A stretch of 59,467 nt of DNA, filler included. It is 10 parts of 10 records of this genome, joined end to end, with 100 filler letters (N's around TTAATTAATTAA, not from the genome) between each part and the next. Parts side by side here need not be neighbours in the genome. Positions count along the whole stretch, not along the records: positions 28,582 to 33,588 come from SRR31147125_143902; positions 33,689 to 41,350 come from SRR31147125_144452; 8 more parts are not named here. One strand, written 5' to 3'. The notes beneath the pieces were generated by a model, which did not search any database, was not told where the DNA came from, and was given only the letters and a program-made list of their open reading frames with translations. The position numbers were made by a program, and so were the translations under genes. How positions within the stretch are numbered: the stretch's first letter is position 1; each line of letters starts with the position of its first letter. This document shows positions 29,262-38,688 of the stretch, in pieces.

Positions 29262-30683
29262 ATGAAGAATCTTGTAACAACCATTTTAGGATGCCTTTTA
29301 ACTCTTGGCATTTTTGCAAAAGACCGGCCCAACATTATCTTAATAATGACCGACGACCAGGGCTGGGGACAAACCGGGTATTACAACCATCCGATATTAA
29401 AAACGCCTAACCTCGATAAAATGGCTGAGCACGGTTTACGTTTCGACCGTTTTTACGCTGGTGCTCCAGTGTGTTCTCCAACCCGGGCAAGTGTGTTAAC
29501 CGGAAGATCTTGTGTCCGTTCAGGGGTGCCTTCGCATGGTTTTGCACTTCGGAAACAAGAGAAAGTTTTGCCACAGGCTTTAAAAGATGTTGGCTATGCA
29601 ACCGGACATTTTGGAAAATGGCATTTAAATGGTTTACGCGGTCCAGGTGCTCCGGTTTTTGGCAACGATTCCCACTCGCCCGGAGAATTTGGTTTCGACA
29701 CCTGGCTTACGGTTACCAACTTTTTCGATATAAATCCGATTATGAGCCGAAACGGTGATTTCGAAGAGTTTGAAGGAACATCTTCTGAAATTATTGTTGG
29801 TGAAGCATTAAAATTCATTGAAAGTACAATTGAAAAACAGCAACCATTTTTTGCAGTAATTTGGGATGGCTCACCGCACGATCCAATGGTAGCTAATGAA
29901 GAGGATATGAAAGGTTTTGAAAATCTCAATACCAAAAGCCGTCATCATTATGGAGAGTTGGTGGCTTTCGACCACAGCCTGGGAAAATTACGCAGTCGTC
30001 TTCGCGAACTGGGTATTGCAGAAAATACTATAATCTGGTTTTGCAGCGATAATGGTGGGCTGCCAAAAATAGAGCCTGAAACTGTTGGTGGTTTGCGTGG
30101 AAACAAAGGTAGTGTTTGGGAGGGCGGTATTCGTGTGCCTGGCATAATCGAATGGGAAGGTCACATAACACCCGAAATAACTGAATTTCCGGCCTCTACA
30201 ATGGATATTTTTCCAACCATTGCCGATTTACTTGGGATTTCAAAAAATGTTATGCTAAAACCTGTGGATGGAATTAGCCTGATACCGCTCATTCAGAATA
30301 AATCAAAAAAATCGCGTAAAACACCAATTCCATTTTTGTATAACGGTAATGGAGCTTTGGTTGATAATGAATATAAACTGGTTGCAACAGATATTAAGAA
30401 CCAGGAATTTGAGCTATTTAATTTGCAGAATGATAAAACAGAATCGACAGATATTTCAAAAGAAAATCCCGAAAAATTTGAACAAATGAAAAAGGAATTT
30501 ATTCGGTGGAATATCTCTGTGGAGAAAAGTGTTAGTGGTTTGGACTATCCTGAAAAAATGGTGAATAAAAACGAGCCTGAACGCCATTTCTGGATGGATG
30601 ACCCTCGTTACAAAATTTTTAAAAAAGAACATGGAAATCGTCCGGAATATTCGGGAGAGTACAGGGAGATGAATAAAAAATAA
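29262..30683 (+). CDS. Formylglycine-dependent (S1) sulfatase, secreted
   Basis: Signal peptide, PNIILIMTDDQG, CSPTRASVLTG, GKWHL and SDNG. Confidence 0.95.
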   Translation: MKNLVTTILGCLLTLGIFAKDRPNIILIMTDDQGWGQTGYYNHPILKTPNLDKMAEHGLRFDRFYAGAPVCSPTRASVLTGRSCVRSGVPSHGFALRKQEKVLPQALKDVGYATGHFGKWHLNGLRGPGAPVFGNDSHSPGEFGFDTWLTVTNFFDINPIMSRNGDFEEFEGTSSEIIVGEALKFIESTIEKQQPFFAVIWDGSPHDPMVANEEDMKGFENLNTKSRHHYGELVAFDHSLGKLRSRLRELGIAENTIIWFCSDNGGLPKIEPETVGGLRGNKGSVWEGGIRVPGIIEWEGHITPEITEFPASTMDIFPTIADLLGISKNVMLKPVDGISLIPLIQNKSKKSRKTPIPFLYNGNGALVDNEYKLVATDIKNQEFELFNLQNDKTESTDISKENPEKFEQMKKEFIRWNISVEKSVSGLDYPEKMVNKNEPERHFWMDDPRYKIFKKEHGNRPEYSGEYREMNKK

Positions 30684-30695
30684 AAGTCAGAACTA

Positions 30696-32063
30696 ATGAA
30701 CAAAATAAGCAGAAGAGATTATTTAAAAACAAGCCTGATAGCCACTGGAGGTTTAGCTCTGGGAGGATTATCCACAGGATGTAGTAGTCTGTTTTCAAAA
30801 CAAAAACTGAACATTGCTTTAATTGGTGGAGGCGGAATTGCAAAAACTGCATTTGGCGATTGTAAAAATGAGAACGTAATTGCCATAGCCGATGTAGATG
30901 ATGCAACAGGAGCAATAGGTTTCGAAGCCTTTCCAACCGCAAAACGATACAAAGATTGGCGCAAAATGCTGGATGCACATTACAAAGAATTAGATCTGGT
31001 AATTGTAAGTACTCCAGACCATACCCACTTTGCTGCAACCTATGCCGCTATGGAGCGTGGAATTGCTGTCCACACCCAAAAACCTTTAACACATAACATT
31101 TGGCAGGCGCGCACTTTACAGGCGGCAGCACATAAGTTTAATGTACAAACCGTAATGGGAAACCAGGGACACAATTTCGAGGGTATGCGTTTAATTAAAG
31201 ACTGGTACGATGCTGGCTTGGCAGGTGAGGTTCGCGAAGTACATGCCTGGACAAATAGAACAACGAAAAACAATGCAAATGCCAGATTGGGATTTCCGGC
31301 AGAACCTATTCCCGAAACATTAGATTGGGATTTGTGGTTGGGACCTAACGCTAAACGTGCGTACAACAAAACGTTTTGCCCAAAAGGCTGGCGTTGGCAC
31401 TGGGATTATGGTTCAGGAGGCTTGGGAGACATTGGTTGCCACACTCTCGATATCCCGATTTATGTAATGGGACTTGGGTATCCATCATTGGTATACATGG
31501 ACAATTCGTTAGATTTTAGGCATGAGTTTGATGATAAAATCCCCAATCCAGAGGGAGCAACCTATGTGTATGAATTTCCGGCTTCTGGAAACCGACCAGC
31601 TGTAAGAGTTTATTGGTACGAGGGCGGTCGTATGCCAAAATTCCCCAAAGAGGTACATGCAGAAACTCCTGAAATGAAAAAGGCAATTGCTACTGGTGGT
31701 TGTATGATGATTGGCGATAAAAACACTGTGCTTTCGCCAAGTATGAGACCCGGTAATCCGAAACTGATTTACAATTGGGAGGAAATAAAACAAAATCCTG
31801 TGGAAAAAACTACTCCGCGCGCTGTTGGAAACCCGGTTAAAGAAATTATTACTGTTGTAAAAGGAGATATTGATAAATGTGGTTCTAACTTCGATTATGC
31901 CGTGCCACTTACCGAGATTGTTTTGCTGGGCACAATAGCCATTCGCTCTAACAAAAAAGTGGTATACAATTCCGAGGCCATGACTTTTTCTGATAGCTCG
32001 TTAAATAAATACATTAAAGAGCCGGTACGTAATGGCTGGGAATATGGCGAGGGATTGATTTAA
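30696..32063 (+). CDS. Gfo/Idh/MocA oxidoreductase with Tat (lipo)signal
   Basis: SRRDYLK twin-arginine motif, IGGGG, STPDHTH, QKPLT and GDIGCH. Confidence 0.92.
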   Translation: MNKISRRDYLKTSLIATGGLALGGLSTGCSSLFSKQKLNIALIGGGGIAKTAFGDCKNENVIAIADVDDATGAIGFEAFPTAKRYKDWRKMLDAHYKELDLVIVSTPDHTHFAATYAAMERGIAVHTQKPLTHNIWQARTLQAAAHKFNVQTVMGNQGHNFEGMRLIKDWYDAGLAGEVREVHAWTNRTTKNNANARLGFPAEPIPETLDWDLWLGPNAKRAYNKTFCPKGWRWHWDYGSGGLGDIGCHTLDIPIYVMGLGYPSLVYMDNSLDFRHEFDDKIPNPEGATYVYEFPASGNRPAVRVYWYEGGRMPKFPKEVHAETPEMKKAIATGGCMMIGDKNTVLSPSMRPGNPKLIYNWEEIKQNPVEKTTPRAVGNPVKEIITVVKGDIDKCGSNFDYAVPLTEIVLLGTIAIRSNKKVVYNSEAMTFSDSSLNKYIKEPVRNGWEYGEGLI

Positions 32064-32144
32064 GTTCATTAATCCTTTATTAATTTTATTATTGGTATCG
32101 GCTTTTACTTTCATGAAATAAAAACTCAGTTAATAGAAAAAATA

Positions 32145-33588
32145 ATGAAAAACCTACTTTTAAAATCAACAATAGCATTTCTATTTGCTATTAATGTATT
32201 TAGTGTTATTGCTCAAAAACAGAAACCAAATATCGTTTTTATACTTGCCGACGATTTTGGTTACTCAAGTGTTAATTGTTATGGTGCCGATAAAAGCCTG
32301 TTGAGGACACCGTATATTGATGAGTTGGCTGAAGCGGGAATGCGTTTTACCCATGCACATACACCGGCATCAATATGTTCGCCAACCCGCTACGGCTTTT
32401 TAACCGGACGCTATCCCTGGCGTTCATCAATGAAATTTGGCGTGGTTGATCCCAATGGAGCTTTGTTGCCCAACCCTAATCGGGTAACCATTGCTGATAT
32501 TCTTAAAGAACAAGGCTACAACACAGCTGCAATTGGTAAATGGCACTTGGGTTATGGCAACAAACAACCTTGCGATTTTACCGGTAAACTTACCCCCGGG
32601 CCTCTCGATTTGGGATTTGATTACCATTTTGCTGTACCGCAGAACCATGGCGATTACTGGGGCGTGTATATTGAAAATGACGAGATTTACGGTTTGAGAA
32701 GCAAAAAACAGCAACCTTACTCAAGAACATTCTATGGCAAACCATATCTTGGTTTTGATGCACCACAACGAGTAAACCGCGATGTGATGCGCGATTTAAC
32801 CGAGAAATCAGTTGAGTGGTTAAAACAGCAATCGGCCGATACTCCATTCTTTTTATATTTTGCTCAGGTAGCTGTCCATCGACCAATTACACCATCGGCA
32901 TATATGCGCGGGGTAAGCAATTGTGGTCCTTATGGCGATTTTATTCAGGATGTGGATTTAAGTGTTGGTAGGATAGTGGAAGCCTTAAAGTATTTGGGAT
33001 TGTACGAAAATACCATCATCATTTTTTCAAGCGACAATGGAGGTGTTATACCACAAAATAAGCCTGATGATGAGGAAAGCCAGGCGATAAAATGTGGTTT
33101 GAAAATTAATGGTGACTTAAAAGGACGAAAACACACCATTTGGGAGGGAGGTACTAACGTACCATTTATTGTAAGCTGGCCCGGAAATGTTGAACGTGGC
33201 TCTGTTTCTGATGCTTTGGTAAACATGACTGATATTTTTGCCACTGTTTCGGAGATTGCCGGCGATGGTTTGCCAAGTAATGAAGACGTTGCACCCGATA
33301 GTTTTAGTTTTCTCCCGGCCTTACAAAAAAATGGAAATGATAATCCTCGTAAATCGATGGTTACAGCCGATGCGAAGGGAATGCACGCCTTGCGTATGGG
33401 CGATTGGAAATACATAGACCCAACTCCGCCAGAGGGGTACCCCGAAAATAAATTGAACCAGTTTAAAAACGAAAAACCACAATTATATAATTTGGCAGAC
33501 GATCCTGCAGAAACTACAAACCTAACTGAACAATATCCAGAAAAAGCAAAAGAGCTTTTGAAAGAATTGAACCACATTAGGGAGGCTT
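32145..33588 (+). CDS. Arylsulfatase-type S1 sulfatase, 3'-truncated
   Basis: PNIVFILADDFG, CSPTRYGFLTGRY, GKWHLG and SSDNG. Confidence 0.95.
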
Positions 33589-33688
33589 NNNNNNNNNNNN
33601 NNNNNNNNNNNNNNNNNNNNNNNNNNNNNNNNTTAATTAATTAANNNNNNNNNNNNNNNNNNNNNNNNNNNNNNNNNNNNNNNNNNNN
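33589..33688. other. Artificial contig spacer
   Basis: N44-TTAATTAATTAA-N44. Confidence 0.99.
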
Positions 33689-33730
33689 GAACTCGAAAAA
33701 ATAAGAGAACAGGTTCAGAATCTTGAATAA
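33689..33730 (+). CDS. YicC/YloC family protein, last 13 codons
   Basis: [13 protein letters not shown] is the conserved YicC C-terminus, in its usual position upstream of gmk. Confidence 0.85.
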   Translation, partial: ELEKIREQVQNLE

Positions 33731-34339
33731 TTTTGATCAAAGGGAAGGGGCGCTTTTTGTCGTTTCGGCACCATCAGGTGCAGGGAAGACCTCCTCTGTC
33801 GAGAATTGATTGACAGCGTCAAAGATTTACGTCAGTCTATCTCGTTTGCGACTCGGGAGATCCGTCGTGGTGAGCAGGATGGAGTTGATTATCATTTCAT
33901 TGCTCAGGATACCTTTCGCGGCATGATCGACCAGCACGAATTTGCTGAGTGGGCTGAGGTCCACGGAAATTACTACGGAACCGCTGTTGCGACGCTGAAA
34001 GAAGCAGCCCGGCAAGGTGTTGACCTGTTACTGGACATCGATTGTCAGGGAGCCGCGCAGTTAAAAAAGAATTATCATCAGGGGGTCTATATTTTTATTC
34101 TTCCCCCCGATATGGATATTCTTGAAAAGCGCTTAAGGGATCGTCAGACGAATAACGAGGCTGATATTGTCAGGCGTATGAAAAATGCCGATGATGAAAT
34201 CAGACAGGCGGCCTGGTATGATTACCTTGTTGTGAATGATGATTTTACCTCTGCAAAAGAACAGTTGACCGCAATTATTGCTGCAGAGCGGAATAAAGCA
34301 GATAGAAACCGATACCTACTGAATAAGTTTAATAAATAA
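33723..34339 (+). CDS. gmk: Guanylate kinase (one base apparently missing near 33793)
   Basis: From TTG 33723: ...[14 protein letters not shown]. Adding one C gives LCRELIDS, in frame with the track ORF (ATR..R.GE.DGVDYHF, HGNYYGT, LDIDCQG). Confidence 0.95.
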
Positions 34340-34349
34340 GGAGATAAAA

Positions 34350-34556
34350 ATGGCACGTGTTACCGTTGAAGATTGTCTGGATGTCATCCCGAATCGCTTC
34401 CTTTTGGCTATGGTGGCGGCCAAGCGCTCTAAGCAGCTTTATAAAGGAGCCGAGCCGTTGATCGAAAACAAGTCGAACAATAAAAAAGTTGTTGTTGCGT
34501 TGCGTGAAGTGGCCGCTGAAAAAATCGAGTTTGAAATTCCGCAACGTAAACGTTAA
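34350..34556 (+). CDS. rpoZ: RNA polymerase omega subunit
   Basis: [10 protein letters not shown]...NRF.L...AAKR...[16 protein letters not shown]. Confidence 0.97.
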   Translation: MARVTVEDCLDVIPNRFLLAMVAAKRSKQLYKGAEPLIENKSNNKKVVVALREVAAEKIEFEIPQRKR

Positions 34557-34564
34557 TGATTTAC

Positions 34565-34608
34565 ATCTCCGGCTCTTGATGTCCGTTCTGGAGCCGGAGA
34601 TTTATTTT
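34565..34608 (+). terminator. Hairpin with T-rich tail between rpoZ and rel
   Basis: Perfect 11-bp stem ATCTCCGGCTC / GAGCCGGAGAT followed by TTATTTT. Confidence 0.65.
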
Positions 34609-34635
34609 CAGGCCGGACTGGCTCTGGTCACACAC

Positions 34636-36789
34636 ATGCTTCAAATCAATCATATCATTGAGCAGCTCCACAGTTATCACCCTGATGCTGATGCCGATCG
34701 GCTGATCAGGGCGAGTCAGTTCTGTGAAAGAGCTCATATCGATCAGAAAACCCCTGACGGAAGAGAGTATCTGCAGCACACTCTCGAAGTCGCCTCAATT
34801 TTAGCGCGTCTCAAAGTCGATGAAGTCACACTTGTCGTTGCCATTCTCCATGACTGCTTGACACCTGAAATCGTTTCAAGCGAAGAGGTTAAGCAGGAAT
34901 TTGGTGAAGAGGTTCTCTCGCTGATAGAAATCGGCAACAAAATCAGCAGTATTCCATATCGTCAGAATAATCGGGCTCAGGTTGAAAGCTTCCGGAAAAT
35001 GTTCGTGACGATGGCGCGCGACCTGCGCGTCATTTTGGTCTACCTGGCCGACCGGCTGAGCGATATGCGCATGATCAGTTATCGTGATCCGGATGAGCAG
35101 CGTGAATACTCTCGCGAAACCCTTGAAATTTATGCTCCTCTGGCCAACCGCCTTGGTATCAGCTGGTTAAAGAGTGAGCTCGAAGATTTGTCTCTCCAGG
35201 TTCTGGAGCCGGATAAATATGCAGCTCTGGCCAAAAGGATCACCGCTCATAAGCAGGAGCGTGGTGAATATGTTGAGAAAGTCCGGCTCCTGATTTGTGA
35301 CTTGCTGGACAAGAACAAACTGACCGGTGACGTCACCGGTCGTTTTAAGCATTTCTATTCGGTTTATCGGAAGATGGAACGCATGGGTGTTGATCTGGAT
35401 CAGATTTATGATCTGACGGCATTTCGCGTCCTCGTCGACTCGGTTAAAGAATGTTACGAAGTCCTGGGTTTGATTCACGCAACGTGGAAGCCGATTCCTG
35501 GCCGTTTCAAAGATTACATCGCCATGCCCAAGAGCAACATGTACCAATCGTTGCATACAACCGTCATTGGTCCCTATGGTGAACGTATGGAAGTTCAGAT
35601 CCGCACGCATGACATGCACAGTATCGCGGAAGAGGGCGTTGCTGCCCACTGGAAGTACAAAGAGGGTGGCGTTGTTTCCGTCACGGGGCGCGATGACCAG
35701 CGTTTCAACTGGCTTCGTCATGTTCTCGAGTGGCAAAGGGATGTCAGCACTGATTGGGATCCGAACAGCTCCCATATCGATCTCTTTCCGGAAGAGGTCT
35801 ATGTCTTCACACCTGGTGGAGATGTTAAAGAACTCCCGAAGGGCTCGACACCAATTGATTTCGCCTACGCGGTCCATACGGATGTGGGGCAGCAGTGTGT
35901 CGGGGCACGCATTAACGGCAAGCTCTGTCCGCTGAAAACAGAACTGAAAAATGGGGATATTGTCGAAGTCCGGACAGCCGTCAACCATACGCCCAGTAAA
36001 GATTGGCTGGCTTTTGTAAAAACGTCAAAAGCACGTAATAAGATCCGTCAATGGGTTAAAGCAGAACAGCGTGAAAAGAGTATTGAAATCGGACGTGATC
36101 TGCTTGAGAAGGAATTGCGTAAGCACGATTACAGCTTAAAGCGTGCCCTGTCACTGGATAGTTTTGATCAGGCTGTCTCCGAGCTTGGCTTCAAAACCCG
36201 TGATGATCTGTTTGCTGCGGTTGGGTATGGAAAGCTCTCTGCTGGCCAGATCATCTCTCACGCCCTGCCGAAAGAGGACCTGAAGAATCGACCTGAGAAA
36301 CAGGGCCCTATCGGTAAAGTCCTCGAAAAATTTGGACGGCGTAAGTCTCAAAGTGCAATCATGATTGGTGGAATCGACAATGTCATGGTTCGCTTCGCGA
36401 ATTGCTGCAACCCGCTTCCTGGTGAACCGGTCACCGGTTTTATTACCCGAGGGCGTGGTTTGACAGTACATGCGAGAGATTGTGATCAGGTGAAGGCCAG
36501 TGACCCCGAAAGGAAAATCGACGTTGAGTGGGATATGCAGCGCAAGACGTCCAGGCCGGTCAAGATTCAGGTTGTCTGTACGGATCAGAAAGGGATGCTG
36601 GTTGGCATCTCCGGAGCGATCAGTACTGCAGATGCCAATATCGTCAGTGCGACGGTTCATGCCCGGGGTGATAAAAAAGGAACAAACCTTTTTGAAATCG
36701 ATGTCGAAAATCTGGAGCACTTGAACAGGGTGATTCGTGAGATCAAGAAAGTCAAAGGAGTCCTGCGGGTCAACAGAGTCAGAAATTAA
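34636..36789 (+). CDS. rel: Long RelA/SpoT homologue (HD-SYNTH-TGS-ZFD-ACT)
   Basis: YAPLANRLG, RFKDYIA, YQSLHT, EVQIRT, AAHWKYK, TGS motif DFAYAVH, CCNPLPG and an ACT domain; gmk-rpoZ synteny. Confidence 0.95.
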   Translation: MLQINHIIEQLHSYHPDADADRLIRASQFCERAHIDQKTPDGREYLQHTLEVASILARLKVDEVTLVVAILHDCLTPEIVSSEEVKQEFGEEVLSLIEIGNKISSIPYRQNNRAQVESFRKMFVTMARDLRVILVYLADRLSDMRMISYRDPDEQREYSRETLEIYAPLANRLGISWLKSELEDLSLQVLEPDKYAALAKRITAHKQERGEYVEKVRLLICDLLDKNKLTGDVTGRFKHFYSVYRKMERMGVDLDQIYDLTAFRVLVDSVKECYEVLGLIHATWKPIPGRFKDYIAMPKSNMYQSLHTTVIGPYGERMEVQIRTHDMHSIAEEGVAAHWKYKEGGVVSVTGRDDQRFNWLRHVLEWQRDVSTDWDPNSSHIDLFPEEVYVFTPGGDVKELPKGSTPIDFAYAVHTDVGQQCVGARINGKLCPLKTELKNGDIVEVRTAVNHTPSKDWLAFVKTSKARNKIRQWVKAEQREKSIEIGRDLLEKELRKHDYSLKRALSLDSFDQAVSELGFKTRDDLFAAVGYGKLSAGQIISHALPKEDLKNRPEKQGPIGKVLEKFGRRKSQSAIMIGGIDNVMVRFANCCNPLPGEPVTGFITRGRGLTVHARDCDQVKASDPERKIDVEWDMQRKTSRPVKIQVVCTDQKGMLVGISGAISTADANIVSATVHARGDKKGTNLFEIDVENLEHLNRVIREIKKVKGVLRVNRVRN

Positions 36790-36817
36790 GATCCCTTTCA
36801 CGTTTGGAGGTTGAAGC

Positions 36818-37198
36818 ATGATCGAAAAAGTACAAACAGAACAGGCCCCAGAGGCGATCGGTCCCTATTCTCAGGCAGTTCGTGCCGGTGATTATCTTTT
36901 CTGCTCTGGCCAGATTCCATTACTTCCTGAGACAGGCTGCCTTGTTGAGGGGGACGTGGTTGTCCAGACCCGTCAGGTTATGAATAATTTAAGCGCTGTT
37001 CTGAACGCAGCAGGAGTTGATTTTAATAAGGTTGTTAAAACAACGATTTTTTTAACGGATCTGAATGACTTTGGGGTGGTGAATGCTGAGTATGGGGGAT
37101 ACTTTACTGCGACGGCTCCTGCCAGGGCAACTGTTCAGGTTGCTGCACTGCCAAAAGGAGCTCGGGTCGAGATCGAGGCGATCGCTTTTCTCGCGTGA
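36818..37198 (+). CDS. ridA: RidA/YjgF imine deaminase
   Basis: AP.AIGPYSQA, SGQIP and PARATVQVAALPKGARVEIEAIA. Confidence 0.95.
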   Translation: MIEKVQTEQAPEAIGPYSQAVRAGDYLFCSGQIPLLPETGCLVEGDVVVQTRQVMNNLSAVLNAAGVDFNKVVKTTIFLTDLNDFGVVNAEYGGYFTATAPARATVQVAALPKGARVEIEAIAFLA

Positions 37199-37216
37199 TT
37201 GATCACGATTTCAGAC

Positions 37217-37259
37217 AATAAAAAAGGGATAGGCCTTAACAGGTCTATCCCTTTATTTT
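37217..37259. terminator. Bidirectional intrinsic terminator between convergent ridA and rpmB
   Basis: AAAAAAGGGATAGGCCT-TAAC-AGGTCTATCCCTTTATTTT hairpin flanked by A and T runs. Confidence 0.85.
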
Positions 37260-37281
37260 GATTTGGTTAAGCCAAGGTTGA

Positions 37282-37472
37282 TCAGACAACCTTTTGGATT
37301 TTCCCGAACGGATACAGCGTGTGCAGACCTTCATGGTCTTGACAGAGCCGTTCTGGACAGCACGGACCTTTTGCAGGTTCGGGTTCCATACCGTACGGGT
37401 TTTATTATGGGCGTGACTGACATTGTTTCCGGTCACGGGCTTTTTTCCACAGATTTCACATTGTTTAGACAT
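37282..37472 (-). CDS. rpmB: 50S ribosomal protein L28 (zinc-ribbon type); one base apparently missing near the 3' end
   Basis: [10 protein letters not shown]...[11 protein letters not shown]...CTRC. One extra A in the GGAAAATCC run gives the normal ending GKIQKVV*. Confidence 0.95.
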
Positions 37473-37519
37473 TGTCACATTCCTCCTGAAAGTTTCGAAC
37501 GCGCATTACTAACACACTT

Positions 37520-38002
37520 TTAATCCATATGCAAATGATTTACAAAGTTTTCGTCTGAAAGTTGATCATCACCAAAGACGTCGATTCCATTCTTTTTAAG
37601 AAGCGCAGCTGTCGTCCCCATTCCCGGTATCAGTTCCTGACCGAGATAGATTTTTCGGGTGCCGCACGAAGGACTTCTCTGTTGAAGAATTGCTGTCCGG
37701 CAACCGCAGATCTCAGCAATCTTGAGTGCCTGATCGCCACCCGCCAGGAACTGAGCCGTCAGGTTGTTCCCCTCTTCATCGATAATGACTCCTTCGCCAT
37801 TCACGACAGTGAGCCCATCTCCACTTTGAAACCAGCATTTTTTTCTTGGTGTCGGCAATCCGGCCAGCTGCTCCGGGCAGACAGGTATCGGTAGCAGGTT
37901 ATGTTTGGTGATAAACGCTTTGACCTCGTGCGATTCGTTGTCCGTGCCGTCATAGCGGGTTGTTAATCCAAGCAGGCAGCTGCTGACCAGAACAGGCTTC
38001 AT
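37520..38002 (-). CDS. DUF523 family (2-thiouracil desulfurase-like) protein
   Basis: VSSCLLG..RYDG, PVCPEQLAGLPTPR and SPSCG. Confidence 0.9.
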   Translation of the reverse strand: MKPVLVSSCLLGLTTRYDGTDNESHEVKAFITKHNLLPIPVCPEQLAGLPTPRKKCWFQSGDGLTVVNGEGVIIDEEGNNLTAQFLAGGDQALKIAEICGCRTAILQQRSPSCGTRKIYLGQELIPGMGTTAALLKKNGIDVFGDDQLSDENFVNHLHMD

Positions 38003-38013
38003 AAACAGCAAGA

Positions 38014-38673
38014 TCAATCTTCTGCTGACGGATTGACAATGGCATTCGCGGGGTGGTTGCCCTTGTCGATGATGACGTGACGCCCGGACACTTTAACGCG
38101 ATCTTCAGCAAACCATTGAATAGCCAGCGGGTATATGACATGTTCTTGTTCAAGAATTCTTGCTGACAGTGTCTCTTCCGTATCATCTGTGTGTATCGGT
38201 ACAACGGCCTGAACGATGATCGGCCCGGTATCAACGCCATCGTCGACAAAGTGGACCGTACAGCCTGAGAACCGTGCCCCGTACTCAATCGCTTTTTTCT
38301 GGACATGAAGCCCGGGAAACGCCGGCAGTAGAGACGGATGAATATTGATGATCCGTTGCGGAAAAGCTTCAAGAAATACATGAGATATGATGCGCATGAA
38401 GCCTGCCAGAACAACTAAATCCGGTTTGACAAATTTCAAAGCATCGACGACCTTCAGATCGAAGCTCTGGCGCTCAGTAAAATCCCGATGATTGATGCAA
38501 CAGGTTTCGATTCCTGCATCCTGGGCCCGTTTAAGAGCTCCTGCTCCCGGGTTGTTGCTCATCACCAGAACGATTTCGGCGTCAATTTTTCCGGATCGAG
38601 ATTGATCGATTATCGATTGTAGGTTGGTTCCACCGCCCGAAGCCAACACCGCGATGCGTATTCTTTGTTTCAT
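38014..38673 (-). CDS. purN: Phosphoribosylglycinamide formyltransferase
   Basis: SGGGTNLQ, LAGFMRI, NIHPSLLP, HFVD.G.DTGPII and EH..YP. Confidence 0.97.
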   Translation of the reverse strand: MKQRIRIAVLASGGGTNLQSIIDQSRSGKIDAEIVLVMSNNPGAGALKRAQDAGIETCCINHRDFTERQSFDLKVVDALKFVKPDLVVLAGFMRIISHVFLEAFPQRIINIHPSLLPAFPGLHVQKKAIEYGARFSGCTVHFVDDGVDTGPIIVQAVVPIHTDDTEETLSARILEQEHVIYPLAIQWFAEDRVKVSGRHVIIDKGNHPANAIVNPSAED

Positions 38674-38688
38674 AGCTGCTGACCCGCT

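Noticed and set aside
34489-34635. N-terminal extensions in the ORF track for rel, dctP (44825), GT4 (19812) and the kinase (4828)
   Set aside because: They overlap upstream genes or hairpins; later starts fit domain boundaries, signal peptides or RBS positions better.
33723-37472. gmk and rpmB as pseudogenes or programmed frameshifts; extended L28 C-terminus
   Set aside because: These are core genes, each repaired by one base in a short run, and the extended L28 frame runs into the terminator. Sequencing error is the simpler explanation.
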